Source: a virus
Length of the DNA: 64,000 nt
Virus record (IMG/VR): IMGVR_UViG_3300037296_000055
Coordinates: 1-64,000 of that record
Direction: 5' to 3' (one strand)
Below the pieces are notes generated by a model, which was not told where the DNA came from, searched no databases, and was given only the letters and a program-made list of their open reading frames with translations. Positions within the stretch are counted from its first letter, which is position 1; each line of letters begins with the position of its first letter. Shown piece after piece: positions 55,067 to 64,000 of this stretch. A program made the position numbers and the translations under genes.

Positions 55067-57544
55067 ATGGGACTATTCACACTAGGCATTTCGATTGCCT
55101 ACCAGTGGTATACTGGAAACAAGGCCAAGAAGGCCGCTCAGAAGGAAAAGGACAAGAACACTGGCTTCGAGGTTGAAGCCTACTTCGAGTCTCGCCCTCT
55201 CTCCGTCATCTACGGTCAGCAGTTGGTACCCTCTGTGGTTACATGGGCCCAGGTCTCTGATGACTTTGTCCAGACCAATATCGCGACCGTGGGCAAGATG
55301 CTCATTGACTACAAGACCCCGGACACCGCAAGGGACGTCTGGGATCTGCTCTACGTGGCAAGGGTGCCTGTGGGTACCTACATCAACTGGTCAGGTCTGC
55401 TCTTCTGCATCGACACGACCATCAGCTCTCGGAGCAACGCCCCCTCTTTATCATCGTACGCCGCGATCGACGACCTCTACAGGAACTCTGACCCCAACAA
55501 GACGTATGACGACAGCGTTCTGAAGCTCCCTCTGGGCGAGATCCCCAGCCGACTCACGGTGAACATCGCCCCTATCCTGGGCGGCGTATCGGACGAGAAT
55601 GGTATCTTCTACACCTTCAACGAGAACACCAGAGATCGCTCTTTGTTCTTCTCCAAGTCAACCACCGCCAATGTTGACTGGATACACTCCACTCAGAACA
55701 GGTCACATTCTGCCAGGAAAGACGACAGCCCTTTCCTCTACCAGGAGATCGCGATCTGCGCAGGTCCTGTGAACCGTGTGGTAACCGCCATCGTTGATGG
55801 TAAGCCCGTGAACCACGAGGACTTCAACTACGGTCAGCGGCTCCATGTGGGCTACAACAAGACCGCAACCGATCCAATGATCCTGAAGAACTTCCCTGCA
55901 CGGACAGGAAAGAAGTTCTCCAACATGACCTCCGGCTCCTGTGTGTTCAAGCTGAAGCCAGACGACCCCCAGTACGGCAACGGAATGGTTGACGTGGAGT
56001 GGTTGGTCGAGGGCGCTCCTGTGAAGAGGCTCACCTACAACAACACTGACAAGTTCACTCTTACGGACTATACAGGGTACTCCAACAACCCTGCCGAAGT
56101 GCTTGTGGACTACATGACCAACGCGGACTATGGCATGGGACTCCCTGTGTCCAGCCTGGACCTCAAGTCCTTCTACAAGGCCCACGAGGTCTGTGAGATA
56201 GACGTTCCTGCAATCGTTGTTGGAGGTCTGCTCGGGCACTTCTACGGGACTGAGGATGAGGACGACGAGGTCTCCATCCAGACTCAGCTCTACACCTGCA
56301 ACATCTCGCTGGACACTTCCGAGAACTGCTGGGATAACGTGGTCAAGATCCTGGACACGATGAACGACGCAAGCCTTGTCTGGACCCCTGAGGGCTACAA
56401 GCTGCACCTGGACTACCACACTTCCACGGCAGAAGCTGAGGAAGCTGTCGTTGCAGAGCTCACATCTCTGGACATCCTGGACACTGACTGGTCCTTCTCC
56501 GTAGCAAGCCAAGACGACCGTCTGAACCAGGTCACCGTCCGCTTCGACAACCTCTGCCTTGATGGTGGTCAAGACTCCCGCACGTGGCCAGACCGTAGCT
56601 CCAATCAGTACAAGAACTATCTTGCTGAAGACTCAGGCGTAATCCTTTCCCGTGAGATCACGCTGGACGGGGTAATCGATCCTTACCATGCCACTCACAT
56701 CGCCCAGTTCGAAGTGAAGAACTCTCGGGGTTCTCCCACTCTGACCATGTCCGTAAGGCGCCGTTGGCTCATCCTTGAACCAGGGGACATTATTAGGGTG
56801 ACGATTGGTACAGAACGTATCAACGGGTTGTTCCGGGTGCAAGAAGTTGAGATGAGTGACGAGATGACCGTCCAGCTCACCCTGAAGAAGTATGTTGTGG
56901 GTCATGACTCCTGGCCTGTCCTTGTGGATGATCTGAGCGTGAAGGGTACTCGTATCCTCTTCAACGCTGAGAAACCCTCTAACGTCTACGTGGAAGAGTT
57001 CACCCGGTCTAACGCTGGCATTTCCTACGCCACGGTGAACTGGGACTACAACTACAACAACAAGCCCACCTTCAACATTTGGTTCTCAAGGACCTCCGTG
57101 GACAAGTGGACCAAGGCAGGATCCACCCAAGCGAACAGCTTCGTCATTCCTACCCCTCTGGGGAACGACTCCTACACCTTCGGCGTGAGCACGACTCACC
57201 GGGGAAAGCAGTCTGTGAAGGTTATCGCTCCGTTTGACGCCTCTGTCATCGTGGCCATTCCCGCATCGCGAGAGGCCATCTGGGTCAAGAACACCGCTCT
57301 GGTACGCTTCAACTGGACAGCCCCACCAGGCTACCCTGAGCCAGACTCCTACCACATCATACGACGGAAGATCGGGTCCGCCAACAACGCTCCCTGGACA
57401 GACATCACCTACCTGTACAACGGTGCGGCGACCACGTGGGTCTGGGACTACGGTAACTTGAAGCCTGACGAATGGAACTACAAGATTGGCGCAAAGGTCG
57501 CTGGCTCCGGTGGTTACTCTTACACCAAAGCAACCTACGTCTAA
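55067..57544 (+). CDS. tail tip attachment/central fibre protein (gpJ-like) with FN3-like C-terminus
   Basis: LSVIYG, SNNPAEVLVDYMTNADYGMG, LEPGDII. Confidence 0.85.
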   Translation: MGLFTLGISIAYQWYTGNKAKKAAQKEKDKNTGFEVEAYFESRPLSVIYGQQLVPSVVTWAQVSDDFVQTNIATVGKMLIDYKTPDTARDVWDLLYVARVPVGTYINWSGLLFCIDTTISSRSNAPSLSSYAAIDDLYRNSDPNKTYDDSVLKLPLGEIPSRLTVNIAPILGGVSDENGIFYTFNENTRDRSLFFSKSTTANVDWIHSTQNRSHSARKDDSPFLYQEIAICAGPVNRVVTAIVDGKPVNHEDFNYGQRLHVGYNKTATDPMILKNFPARTGKKFSNMTSGSCVFKLKPDDPQYGNGMVDVEWLVEGAPVKRLTYNNTDKFTLTDYTGYSNNPAEVLVDYMTNADYGMGLPVSSLDLKSFYKAHEVCEIDVPAIVVGGLLGHFYGTEDEDDEVSIQTQLYTCNISLDTSENCWDNVVKILDTMNDASLVWTPEGYKLHLDYHTSTAEAEEAVVAELTSLDILDTDWSFSVASQDDRLNQVTVRFDNLCLDGGQDSRTWPDRSSNQYKNYLAEDSGVILSREITLDGVIDPYHATHIAQFEVKNSRGSPTLTMSVRRRWLILEPGDIIRVTIGTERINGLFRVQEVEMSDEMTVQLTLKKYVVGHDSWPVLVDDLSVKGTRILFNAEKPSNVYVEEFTRSNAGISYATVNWDYNYNNKPTFNIWFSRTSVDKWTKAGSTQANSFVIPTPLGNDSYTFGVSTTHRGKQSVKVIAPFDASVIVAIPASREAIWVKNTALVRFNWTAPPGYPEPDSYHIIRRKIGSANNAPWTDITYLYNGAATTWVWDYGNLKPDEWNYKIGAKVAGSGGYSYTKATYV

Positions 57545-57545
57545 C

Positions 57546-57592
57546 AAAAAAAAAAAAAGAAGAGAGGACGCCGCCACCCGAAGGTGACGACG
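57546..57592 (-). terminator. terminator of the leftward amidoligase operon
   Basis: CGTCGTCACC-TTCG-GGTGGCGGCG, then a pyrimidine run and T13. Confidence 0.7.
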
Positions 57593-57597
57593 CCCAA

Positions 57598-57634
57598 ACC
57601 CTCTATCAGCATCGCGCTGGTAGGGGGCTTTTTT
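57598..57634 (+). terminator. terminator of the late operon
   Basis: CCTCTATCAGC/GCTGGTAGGGG stem plus T6. Confidence 0.75.
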
Positions 57635-57650
57635 CGGTTCTTAGACCTGG

Positions 57651-58709
57651 TTACCAGAGTTCCCCTTCAGGAAACTCTTCTTCAGGAGCAGGTGGCGCTT
57701 CACCACGACGGCCACGTGCCATCGCTTCCACACGTTCTAGCGTAGCACGCCAGTCACGCGTCGCGTTGTCACGTAGCGCCTGGCGACCGCCCTCCGGCAT
57801 GGGGGCAGCACCCGCCACCTCCATCTCAGGCTCAGGCGTGATAGCCCCAGGTCGGGCGTCCAGAGCTTCATCAGCAGCGACCCACTCAGCGCGGTCACCA
57901 AAGGCCCGCATGGTGTTGAGGCCGTAGCGAGGCATTGCTCCGGTCGTGGCGTTGTTGCGGCCACCCCCGTACGCTGCCATCATCTGATCCCTCTTCAGGT
58001 AACTTGAGCCCTTCTTCTTAGGAGCAGCTTCCATCGGTGGAGTCCGATCATACAGGAACGGACCCTCCGACTTTGCCAGCTGAGCCAGCCACAGCACCGG
58101 AAGCTCGTGCCGCCTCATGGCCTCCATCCAGTAGTCCACACCCCAAGGCATCTTCATGATGTTCACAGCATCAGTCAGAACGTTCAGGGTGGGGTCAGCC
58201 TCTGTCATGGCAACAGCGCCCTTCAGATCCTCGGCCTTGGCCCAGGGTTGAAGAACATCCTCCAGAAGAAGAGTGCGAGACAGAGCCACAACAAGCTCCT
58301 GGCACATCACCTCCAGACGGGAATGGACCCGCATGGCGTTGGCCGTACTCATGGTCCACCCGCTGTCACGAGTGAAGTAGTTGTTCAATCGTTCCCAGCC
58401 ATGCTGACCGGGGAAACAGCTCGACCAGTGGAGTGAGAAGTTCAGAATACGACCCAGGCTCAGGGAGCCGTGCTGCGCCAGGTCCCGAGCGGAGGAAGTC
58501 CGGGTGGACCGCCGCTGCTCAAAGCTCTCGTAGTACTCCCGCCCGGCATCCCGGACAGAAGCTTCAACAGACTCGGCCACGAAGGCACGAGCAGAGAGGA
58601 ACTGACGACGTAGCTGTGCCGGTGTTCGACCCTGTGACTCAGGTGGGATCTCTTCCAGGATTTCTCCCATAGCTCGGATAACAATGTCTGCGGCTGCGCG
58701 AGTATCCAT
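57651..58709 (-). CDS. hypothetical protein
   Basis: RBS AAGGAACCACTACT-ATG. Confidence 0.75.
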   Translation of the reverse strand: MDTRAAADIVIRAMGEILEEIPPESQGRTPAQLRRQFLSARAFVAESVEASVRDAGREYYESFEQRRSTRTSSARDLAQHGSLSLGRILNFSLHWSSCFPGQHGWERLNNYFTRDSGWTMSTANAMRVHSRLEVMCQELVVALSRTLLLEDVLQPWAKAEDLKGAVAMTEADPTLNVLTDAVNIMKMPWGVDYWMEAMRRHELPVLWLAQLAKSEGPFLYDRTPPMEAAPKKKGSSYLKRDQMMAAYGGGRNNATTGAMPRYGLNTMRAFGDRAEWVAADEALDARPGAITPEPEMEVAGAAPMPEGGRQALRDNATRDWRATLERVEAMARGRRGEAPPAPEEEFPEGELW

Positions 58710-58728
58710 AGTAGTGGTTCCTTCCTTC

Positions 58729-59565
58729 TTAGTACAATTGCGAGAGGGCCTCGACATAGTCAGTCAGTGTCGAACCCTCCATGCCAGGCGCGGTGTTCAC
58801 TTCCAGGATGTACGCCTCTTGACGGCGCTCATTCCAGATAACGTCCACAGCACAGAAGTCCAGACCCGACGCTTCGAAAGCGCGGAGGGCCTGAGCACGG
58901 ACATCTGCGGGGACTTCCACCCCATCGTTACGTGCGAAGATGAAGCCGTTGGCATGGCTCCGGATCTCATAGTTTACAGTGCCCTCAGCCGCCCCGGTCT
59001 GGGTGGCCTTGCGCTGGGTTAGGAACTGGTTCACAGGGTTCCCATCAAGACGCTTGGCAAAGTGCAGACGGAACTCAGTCCGCTTACGAACATACTCCAC
59101 CAGCAGAACGCCAGCACGCAGAGCACGGAGCTCCGCAATGTTGGACGCGTCATACCGGACGATACCCTCGCCGGAGTGGCCGTTCAGTTCGGTCCGGGCG
59201 AAGATCACGTTGCACCGGTCATCACCGTTCTCGATCCAGCCTGCAGCCTCGGTCGGGCTTGTGGTGAAGCGTGGCATCCGAGGACGCTGGGTCTCTTCCA
59301 CCGCCGCCATTGCCTGGAAGAACGACAGCTTGTTCGAAGCGGTCTCGACCCGCTCAGGAGCGTTCAGAACCCGGCCCGAGGAAGTCACGGCCTCAGGAAG
59401 ACGACGGCAGCCCCAGTTGATGACCGCGTGGTGCGCCTTACCGGCGAAGTTAGAACCCTCGCGACGGATGCGACGGATGCCTAGGGCCGAAGCCAGAGCT
59501 GCTGCGGAGTTCGAACCTGTGGAGTAAGGGTACAGGTACGCGATTGTTTTCTTAGCGGTTGCCAT
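58729..59565 (-). CDS. ATP-grasp (RimK-like) peptide ligase
   Basis: ASNKL, GHSGEGI, EFRLH, GLDFCAVDV, ILEVNTAPG. Confidence 0.92.
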   Translation of the reverse strand: MATAKKTIAYLYPYSTGSNSAAALASALGIRRIRREGSNFAGKAHHAVINWGCRRLPEAVTSSGRVLNAPERVETASNKLSFFQAMAAVEETQRPRMPRFTTSPTEAAGWIENGDDRCNVIFARTELNGHSGEGIVRYDASNIAELRALRAGVLLVEYVRKRTEFRLHFAKRLDGNPVNQFLTQRKATQTGAAEGTVNYEIRSHANGFIFARNDGVEVPADVRAQALRAFEASGLDFCAVDVIWNERRQEAYILEVNTAPGMEGSTLTDYVEALSQLY

Positions 59566-60502
59566 TTGTGGTGCTCCAGTTTGTGTTGTATGCGAAGGAT
59601 TGGACGAGACGAACGCCACGGAAGACTTTCGACTCGATGTCAGGCGTATTCAGCTGAGCCAGGATGTTGGGCTCATCAGCAAAGATCTGCTGTAGAAGTT
59701 GGGTAGCACCACCACCCGAAATAGCGTTCAAGATCTCCTGTGGGTTCTCATAGCCCATAGCAGTCGTACGAACAGCGTTCAGAGCCCGCATCCAGTCAAG
59801 GATAGGCTGGGCAGCCTGGGGAGTACGCAGAGTACGGAACTCCAGGGTACCATACTTCCCAAGACTTGTCAGGTTCAAACCTGCGTAGCGAAGGTTGGAA
59901 GAGTCACCGACCCCACCCCAGCGACCGTTTCCACGGCGACCGCCTCCATTCAGGTTCCGGAGAGAGTTCTCCAGTTCCATGATAGGGTATTCTGCATCCA
60001 CAAGGCGGAGACAGAACATGTTACCTGCACGTTCCTCACCGCACAGAGCATCGACCATCGCCTCTTCCAGGATCCAGAAGAGGAAAGCAAAGTTGACGGT
60101 CTCCAGCAGCGTACGGTCACGCTGGTTGATGTGGACGTGGACGCCAGCCCGCACCGAGTCCTTCACCCGGATGTAGGGGTTACGCTCGTTGACATGGCCG
60201 TCCATCCAGTCATAGAGAGCTGTGACGTCTGCCAGAGCGCGGTCCATAGGGGTAGGACCTCGGAAGACGAATTCCACAGCATGGCCACGGAGAGAACCGT
60301 CAGACTCGCTACGCCAGTTGGCGCAGTTTCCTGGACGGGTGCGGATACTTGCCCGATCACCTGCAACCCGCCCACGTGCGGGATCCCAAGTGTCGAATTC
60401 CATTTCCACTTCAACCCCCATCAGGGGATTGTTGACTGTTGCACCTGTTGTCGCCCCAGTGTCCGGAAGCGAAAGCAGTCTATCGATTGATGTTGACAGC
60501 AA
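59552..60502 (-). CDS. amidoligase (Amidoligase_2-like); TTG start inferred
   Basis: GVEVE, DGSLR..EFV, GVHVHIN, RYAGLN, GTLEFR. Confidence 0.88.
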   Translation of the reverse strand: MLSTSIDRLLSLPDTGATTGATVNNPLMGVEVEMEFDTWDPARGRVAGDRASIRTRPGNCANWRSESDGSLRGHAVEFVFRGPTPMDRALADVTALYDWMDGHVNERNPYIRVKDSVRAGVHVHINQRDRTLLETVNFAFLFWILEEAMVDALCGEERAGNMFCLRLVDAEYPIMELENSLRNLNGGGRRGNGRWGGVGDSSNLRYAGLNLTSLGKYGTLEFRTLRTPQAAQPILDWMRALNAVRTTAMGYENPQEILNAISGGGATQLLQQIFADEPNILAQLNTPDIESKVFRGVRLVQSFAYNTNWSTTNGNR

Positions 60503-61094
60503 GGATATTTTCCCCCATTTCTTGCAGAAGTTGTTCACGAAGCCAGCCAAAGCGCTCGAATAGCTCGATCGTGTCGTTATGAAGGATGCGACCAACGTGT
60601 TGGTTCCCCCGGTAGTAAACGCCGAACTCAGCATTCACAAAGAAGTTAGGCGAGATCGCCCGGAACGTTGCCCACTCCTCGAGAGCAGCCAGCGTCTGTT
60701 GTAGTGGGTCGTACTGCCCCCGGAGGGAACGGTTGACCTGCGCCCAGTGGTTCCGGATCCAATCCCCGCCGGAATTGAACCCCATCTGCCGGTCCGAAGT
60801 GCTCAGCGTGAACTGAGACGACCGCAGACCCTGACGATAGCCCTGTCCGCGAACGGCCATCCGGGTTGCGTAGAATGCAGAGCCCCGATCCGTGTTGACC
60901 GCGTTGAGACGAGGTGTTGCGAAGGCAAGATCCGCGAACGGAAGGTTTACCGGCATACCATCGAAAGGAGTAACAGAACAACGATCACCGCTGTAGCTGT
61001 CGGAGACATAAACGAGCTCCGCACGCCCAGGCGCAAACACATACGTGCTACGGATGCGCGAGTGCGCGTGATCAAAGTCGCCATCATACCGCAA
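60480..61094 (-). CDS. hypothetical protein within the amidoligase cluster (TTG start inferred)
   Basis: Overlaps both neighbours; RBS AAGGGGAACTACG-TTG. Confidence 0.65.
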   Translation of the reverse strand: MRYDGDFDHAHSRIRSTYVFAPGRAELVYVSDSYSGDRCSVTPFDGMPVNLPFADLAFATPRLNAVNTDRGSAFYATRMAVRGQGYRQGLRSSQFTLSTSDRQMGFNSGGDWIRNHWAQVNRSLRGQYDPLQQTLAALEEWATFRAISPNFFVNAEFGVYYRGNQHVGRILHNDTIELFERFGWLREQLLQEMGENILAVNINR

Positions 61095-61959
61095 CGTAGT
61101 TCCCCTTATTGTCCATGGTTTTGGTTGGCATGATGCCAACGTGTTGTTGCACAGCGTACCGTGCTGCGACAGAAGCCCGACGGTTGGTCCGAAGAGCAGT
61201 GCTCATCGCGCCCCCGTTGGCCAGACGACGTTCGGCCCAGAACTTGCCAGCATGCAAGTCCCGGATAGCTCCCTGAACACCGTCGATAGCGGCCCGGATG
61301 AACCGTTCTTCAGACATCCAGGCAGACGACAGCGACCGATACTCCATCCCGTAGGACTTGGTCCGGAAGGCACCGGGAGCCCCATACAAGGTCCGGCGCA
61401 TGTCGTCGTTATCCCACAGAGAAGACAGGGGAAGAATAGTACCGTCCAGCTGCTGTGACAGCAAACGGCATTGCATGAACAGATCAGGATCCGACATGTC
61501 AAACTCAGAACCCCACCCGATATGGATGTGACCGCCGGAAGTCCGGAAGTAAGGGTTCTGCGGAGCGGGCCGGGGGTTGGCCTCCCCGCTGTAGGCGTTG
61601 AAGTCAGGCTCACAACCCAGGATCAGTTGTTCCGGGGGCTGGGCCTCGATGACCTCACGGTCGAACGTCACGGAAGGCTGGGCCTTCAGAATGTAACGAT
61701 CGGTGTCGAAGAGCTGGCGGATACGGCCCATGACCGCATCAATGTTCGCCACGAACTCGTCGGTGGTACGTGCCGGTGGGATGCCGAATTCCAGCGCCAT
61801 ACCGTCGACCTGAACCATGCCACCTTCGTCGAAGATGTACGGCTCATCTTTGGTTCCGGGAACGATCCCATGAGCGCCGACGAAGCGCTCTGCATGAGTG
61901 TCCCAGATGAACAGCTCGGGGTCACAGCCAAAGACGTATTCGATGTTGTCAAGTTTCAT
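61084..61959 (-). CDS. phiEco32-like COOH-NH2 ligase type 2
   Basis: GCDPELF, QVDGMALEF, GCEPDFNAY, RTSGGHIHIG, RRTLYGAPGAFR, GMEYRSLS. Confidence 0.93.
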   Translation of the reverse strand: MKLDNIEYVFGCDPELFIWDTHAERFVGAHGIVPGTKDEPYIFDEGGMVQVDGMALEFGIPPARTTDEFVANIDAVMGRIRQLFDTDRYILKAQPSVTFDREVIEAQPPEQLILGCEPDFNAYSGEANPRPAPQNPYFRTSGGHIHIGWGSEFDMSDPDLFMQCRLLSQQLDGTILPLSSLWDNDDMRRTLYGAPGAFRTKSYGMEYRSLSSAWMSEERFIRAAIDGVQGAIRDLHAGKFWAERRLANGGAMSTALRTNRRASVAARYAVQQHVGIMPTKTMDNKGNYVAV

Positions 61960-61964
61960 GTTGG

Positions 61965-63077
61965 TTAGCCTTCAATCGTTGTTTTCAGAACGCAAGCAGT
62001 GCAGATGGCGGTTTCTTGATTGATCAGGAACCGGAGGCTCCCGCTCTGAAACTCTTCGAAGGAGATGCCGTTGCTGCAGAAAGCACACTGACACCCTGTT
62101 TTTTGGTCGAACTCGCTCTTGCCGGAGAACTTGGGAGCAAACCAAGCATCACGAGACGACTTAGGATTAGGAACCCCCAGAACGGGAGACCGTACCGCCG
62201 GGGACCCTTTCCCATGACGGTTCTGCGCGTAGTTAGGCCGGTTGTTGCCGTAACCGGTGTTGTTGCCGTACTGCCCACCGGGCCTATACGCCGAAGCACC
62301 CGTCCCATTGTTCCCAACCGTCGAGGTAAAAGGGGGGCGTTTCTCGAAGCTCGACACCTTGGCGGTCTTGAACACCTCAAGGCCCCGCTTGTTGAAGTCG
62401 AATTCCCACTGGGTAAAGGCCTCCACTTCCTTCGGCTCTTCCCAGTTAGCGCCACACTTCATGGCACCGACAGCGGCATAGAGGATCCAGGGCATGGAAG
62501 CAAACATCAGAGTGGTGTGGCTCTTGTTCCACGTATACCACATCGGACGAGCCGAGTTCCGGCCAATAGTGAAGATCTTTGTCTTCGCGTTGTAGAAGAC
62601 CAGAGCCATGTCCAGATCGACTTCTTTCTCGATCCGGGCCATGTCCCAGCCCTCGTTGAGCGCATGCATCACAGCCTGCGAGTCAACTTCATACTCGGCA
62701 CCCTTAGGGAGAGCGCGAGGTGTGCCACGGGTTGTACCGTTGTGAACCCCGATCACGTCACCCTCAAGGAAGGGGTGAGCGTTCTTGGAGGTGTTAGCGC
62801 CGCGCGTCTTGGCACGGTTGTGGCCGACCAGGACCCGCAGGTTGTGGGCCTTGAACTCGCCGTCGATGTCCATCAGAGCGCGGGAACCAGGATTGGTCCA
62901 CAGGTCCTGCGGGGAGCCAACGCCCTTGATGTAGCTGGCGTTGTTAGTCTGGTCAACCCAGAAGTAGCCGGTGGCGTCAGTACCCCGAGGATAGTCGAAG
63001 TATGACAACCAGCGAAGAAGATTGCGCTCTTGAATGGAGAGCGAGGTTGTCGTCATGATGCCTACGATGCCACACAT
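61965..63077 (-). CDS. class II (Ntn) glutamine amidotransferase
   Basis: MCGIVG, RGTDATG, GHNRAKT, NAHPF, HNGT, VDS; C-terminal CxxC...CxxC. Confidence 0.93.
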   Translation of the reverse strand: MCGIVGIMTTTSLSIQERNLLRWLSYFDYPRGTDATGYFWVDQTNNASYIKGVGSPQDLWTNPGSRALMDIDGEFKAHNLRVLVGHNRAKTRGANTSKNAHPFLEGDVIGVHNGTTRGTPRALPKGAEYEVDSQAVMHALNEGWDMARIEKEVDLDMALVFYNAKTKIFTIGRNSARPMWYTWNKSHTTLMFASMPWILYAAVGAMKCGANWEEPKEVEAFTQWEFDFNKRGLEVFKTAKVSSFEKRPPFTSTVGNNGTGASAYRPGGQYGNNTGYGNNRPNYAQNRHGKGSPAVRSPVLGVPNPKSSRDAWFAPKFSGKSEFDQKTGCQCAFCSNGISFEEFQSGSLRFLINQETAICTACVLKTTIEG

Positions 63078-63823
63078 TATTTGGCTTCCTTTTCAGTTAC
63101 TTCGGAGGGGGTGGGTGTGGTCGACGCGGGTGTGGTCACCTCTGCCGTCGGTTCTTTGAGGATCTGGAAGTGAGTCAACATCTTCTGGAAGAAGTTGGCC
63201 CCCTCACTGTCCTCATCGAATTGGGTCACGTCAGGCATGGAGCCGAACGCGTTGTAGCGGGAAGAATAAGCCATCTCGACCTGACGAGACAGCCCTGCAC
63301 AGCGCGAGTCCTGTTCCCGGATAGCGACCGGAGACCAAGACGGTGCGGTCTGACGACCGGAGATCACCTGCGAGTGTTCGGAGCGGAAGGAGAGTGTCAG
63401 GATCTGTTCCCGGAGCTCCGCTTCCTTCAGGGTGTTAGTGAACGCGTTGTGGTAGCTCGGAACGTTCAGGCGAGCCCGATCCAGGATCGGTACCACCTTC
63501 TGCAGAGAGCCGCCGGTCGCGACGGTCAGAAAGTTGAACCCATAGCCAAAGCCGACCATGGGCAGGTTGCGTAGATAGGCTTGACGGAAGACGGTGAACT
63601 GCTGGAAGTACTCCAACAGGTCCCCTTCGATCCGATCGTCACCTGCAGTCCACGAGGCCGCGACCTGGTGTGTGCTGTCAATGAAGGTGTCCAGGTGGTT
63701 CTCACCGAACACCACAACATCGATGGTGGGGTCGAGGATCTTGTTGGTCGTGTCGTGTCCCCAGTTCTCGAACATGTCGACAAGCAACGGACGTGTATCG
63801 CACTGATTAATAAAGACTTTCAT
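63077..63823 (-). CDS. class I glutamine amidotransferase/peptidase C26-like protein lacking the catalytic Cys
   Basis: LPMVGFGYGFNFLTVATGGSL aligns by eye to the P..GICRG.Q.LNV..GG.L elbow. Confidence 0.6.
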   Translation of the reverse strand: MKVFINQCDTRPLLVDMFENWGHDTTNKILDPTIDVVVFGENHLDTFIDSTHQVAASWTAGDDRIEGDLLEYFQQFTVFRQAYLRNLPMVGFGYGFNFLTVATGGSLQKVVPILDRARLNVPSYHNAFTNTLKEAELREQILTLSFRSEHSQVISGRQTAPSWSPVAIREQDSRCAGLSRQVEMAYSSRYNAFGSMPDVTQFDEDSEGANFFQKMLTHFQILKEPTAEVTTPASTTPTPSEVTEKEAK

Positions 63824-64000
63824 TGATCAGGACCTCCCAGTTCAGTGATGCTGTTGATGTCTTCCCACGAGAGGAACCACCGGACTTTGGTTTGTCTTGG
63901 ACGAGCGCACCCATGCTTATTGCGGGCCAGGGCAGAACACTTTTGTTCTTACCCCCCGGTTCGGGCATGTCGACCACTTCCGCCAGAACTGCTGCCGCTT

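Noticed and set aside
62016-63005. 329-aa + strand ORF (likewise 10156-10851, 59699-60490)
   Set aside because: Antisense to genes with clear catalytic motifs
1-64000. Prophage or lysogeny module
   Set aside because: No integrase, repressor, att site or host genes recognised in the window

Overview
The window is most of a lytic, siphovirus-type tailed phage genome, probably infecting an alphaproteobacterium (inferred from the RcGTA-like head-spike genes). It has two divergent arms meeting at a non-coding control region (~24.3-24.97 kb). Leftward (- strand): many small early ORFs, a ProQ/FinO-like protein, a stand-alone T7-family RNA polymerase, SSB, nucleotide-metabolism enzymes, family A DNA polymerase and a 5'-3' exonuclease. 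Rightward (+ strand, 24975-57544): terminase, tail and head spikes, lysis genes, PhoH, portal, capsid, tail and a 2348-aa tape measure protein. From 57.65 kb to the end, a - strand phiEco32-like amidoligase/ATP-grasp/glutamine amidotransferase cluster converges on back-to-back terminators. The main finding is a 1506-aa protein in the minor-head-protein slot after the portal. It fuses a MuF/SPP1-gp7 head domain to a second T7-family RNA polymerase with recognisable catalytic motifs, so it is a candidate virion-packaged RNAP. Two different thrice-repeated promoter-like motifs (one leftward/early, one rightward/late) fit a two-polymerase transcription cascade. A ~280-nt rod-like structured RNA candidate lies just downstream of the tandem late motifs. 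All protein calls come from motif recognition by eye; no searches were run, so novelty is not verified.
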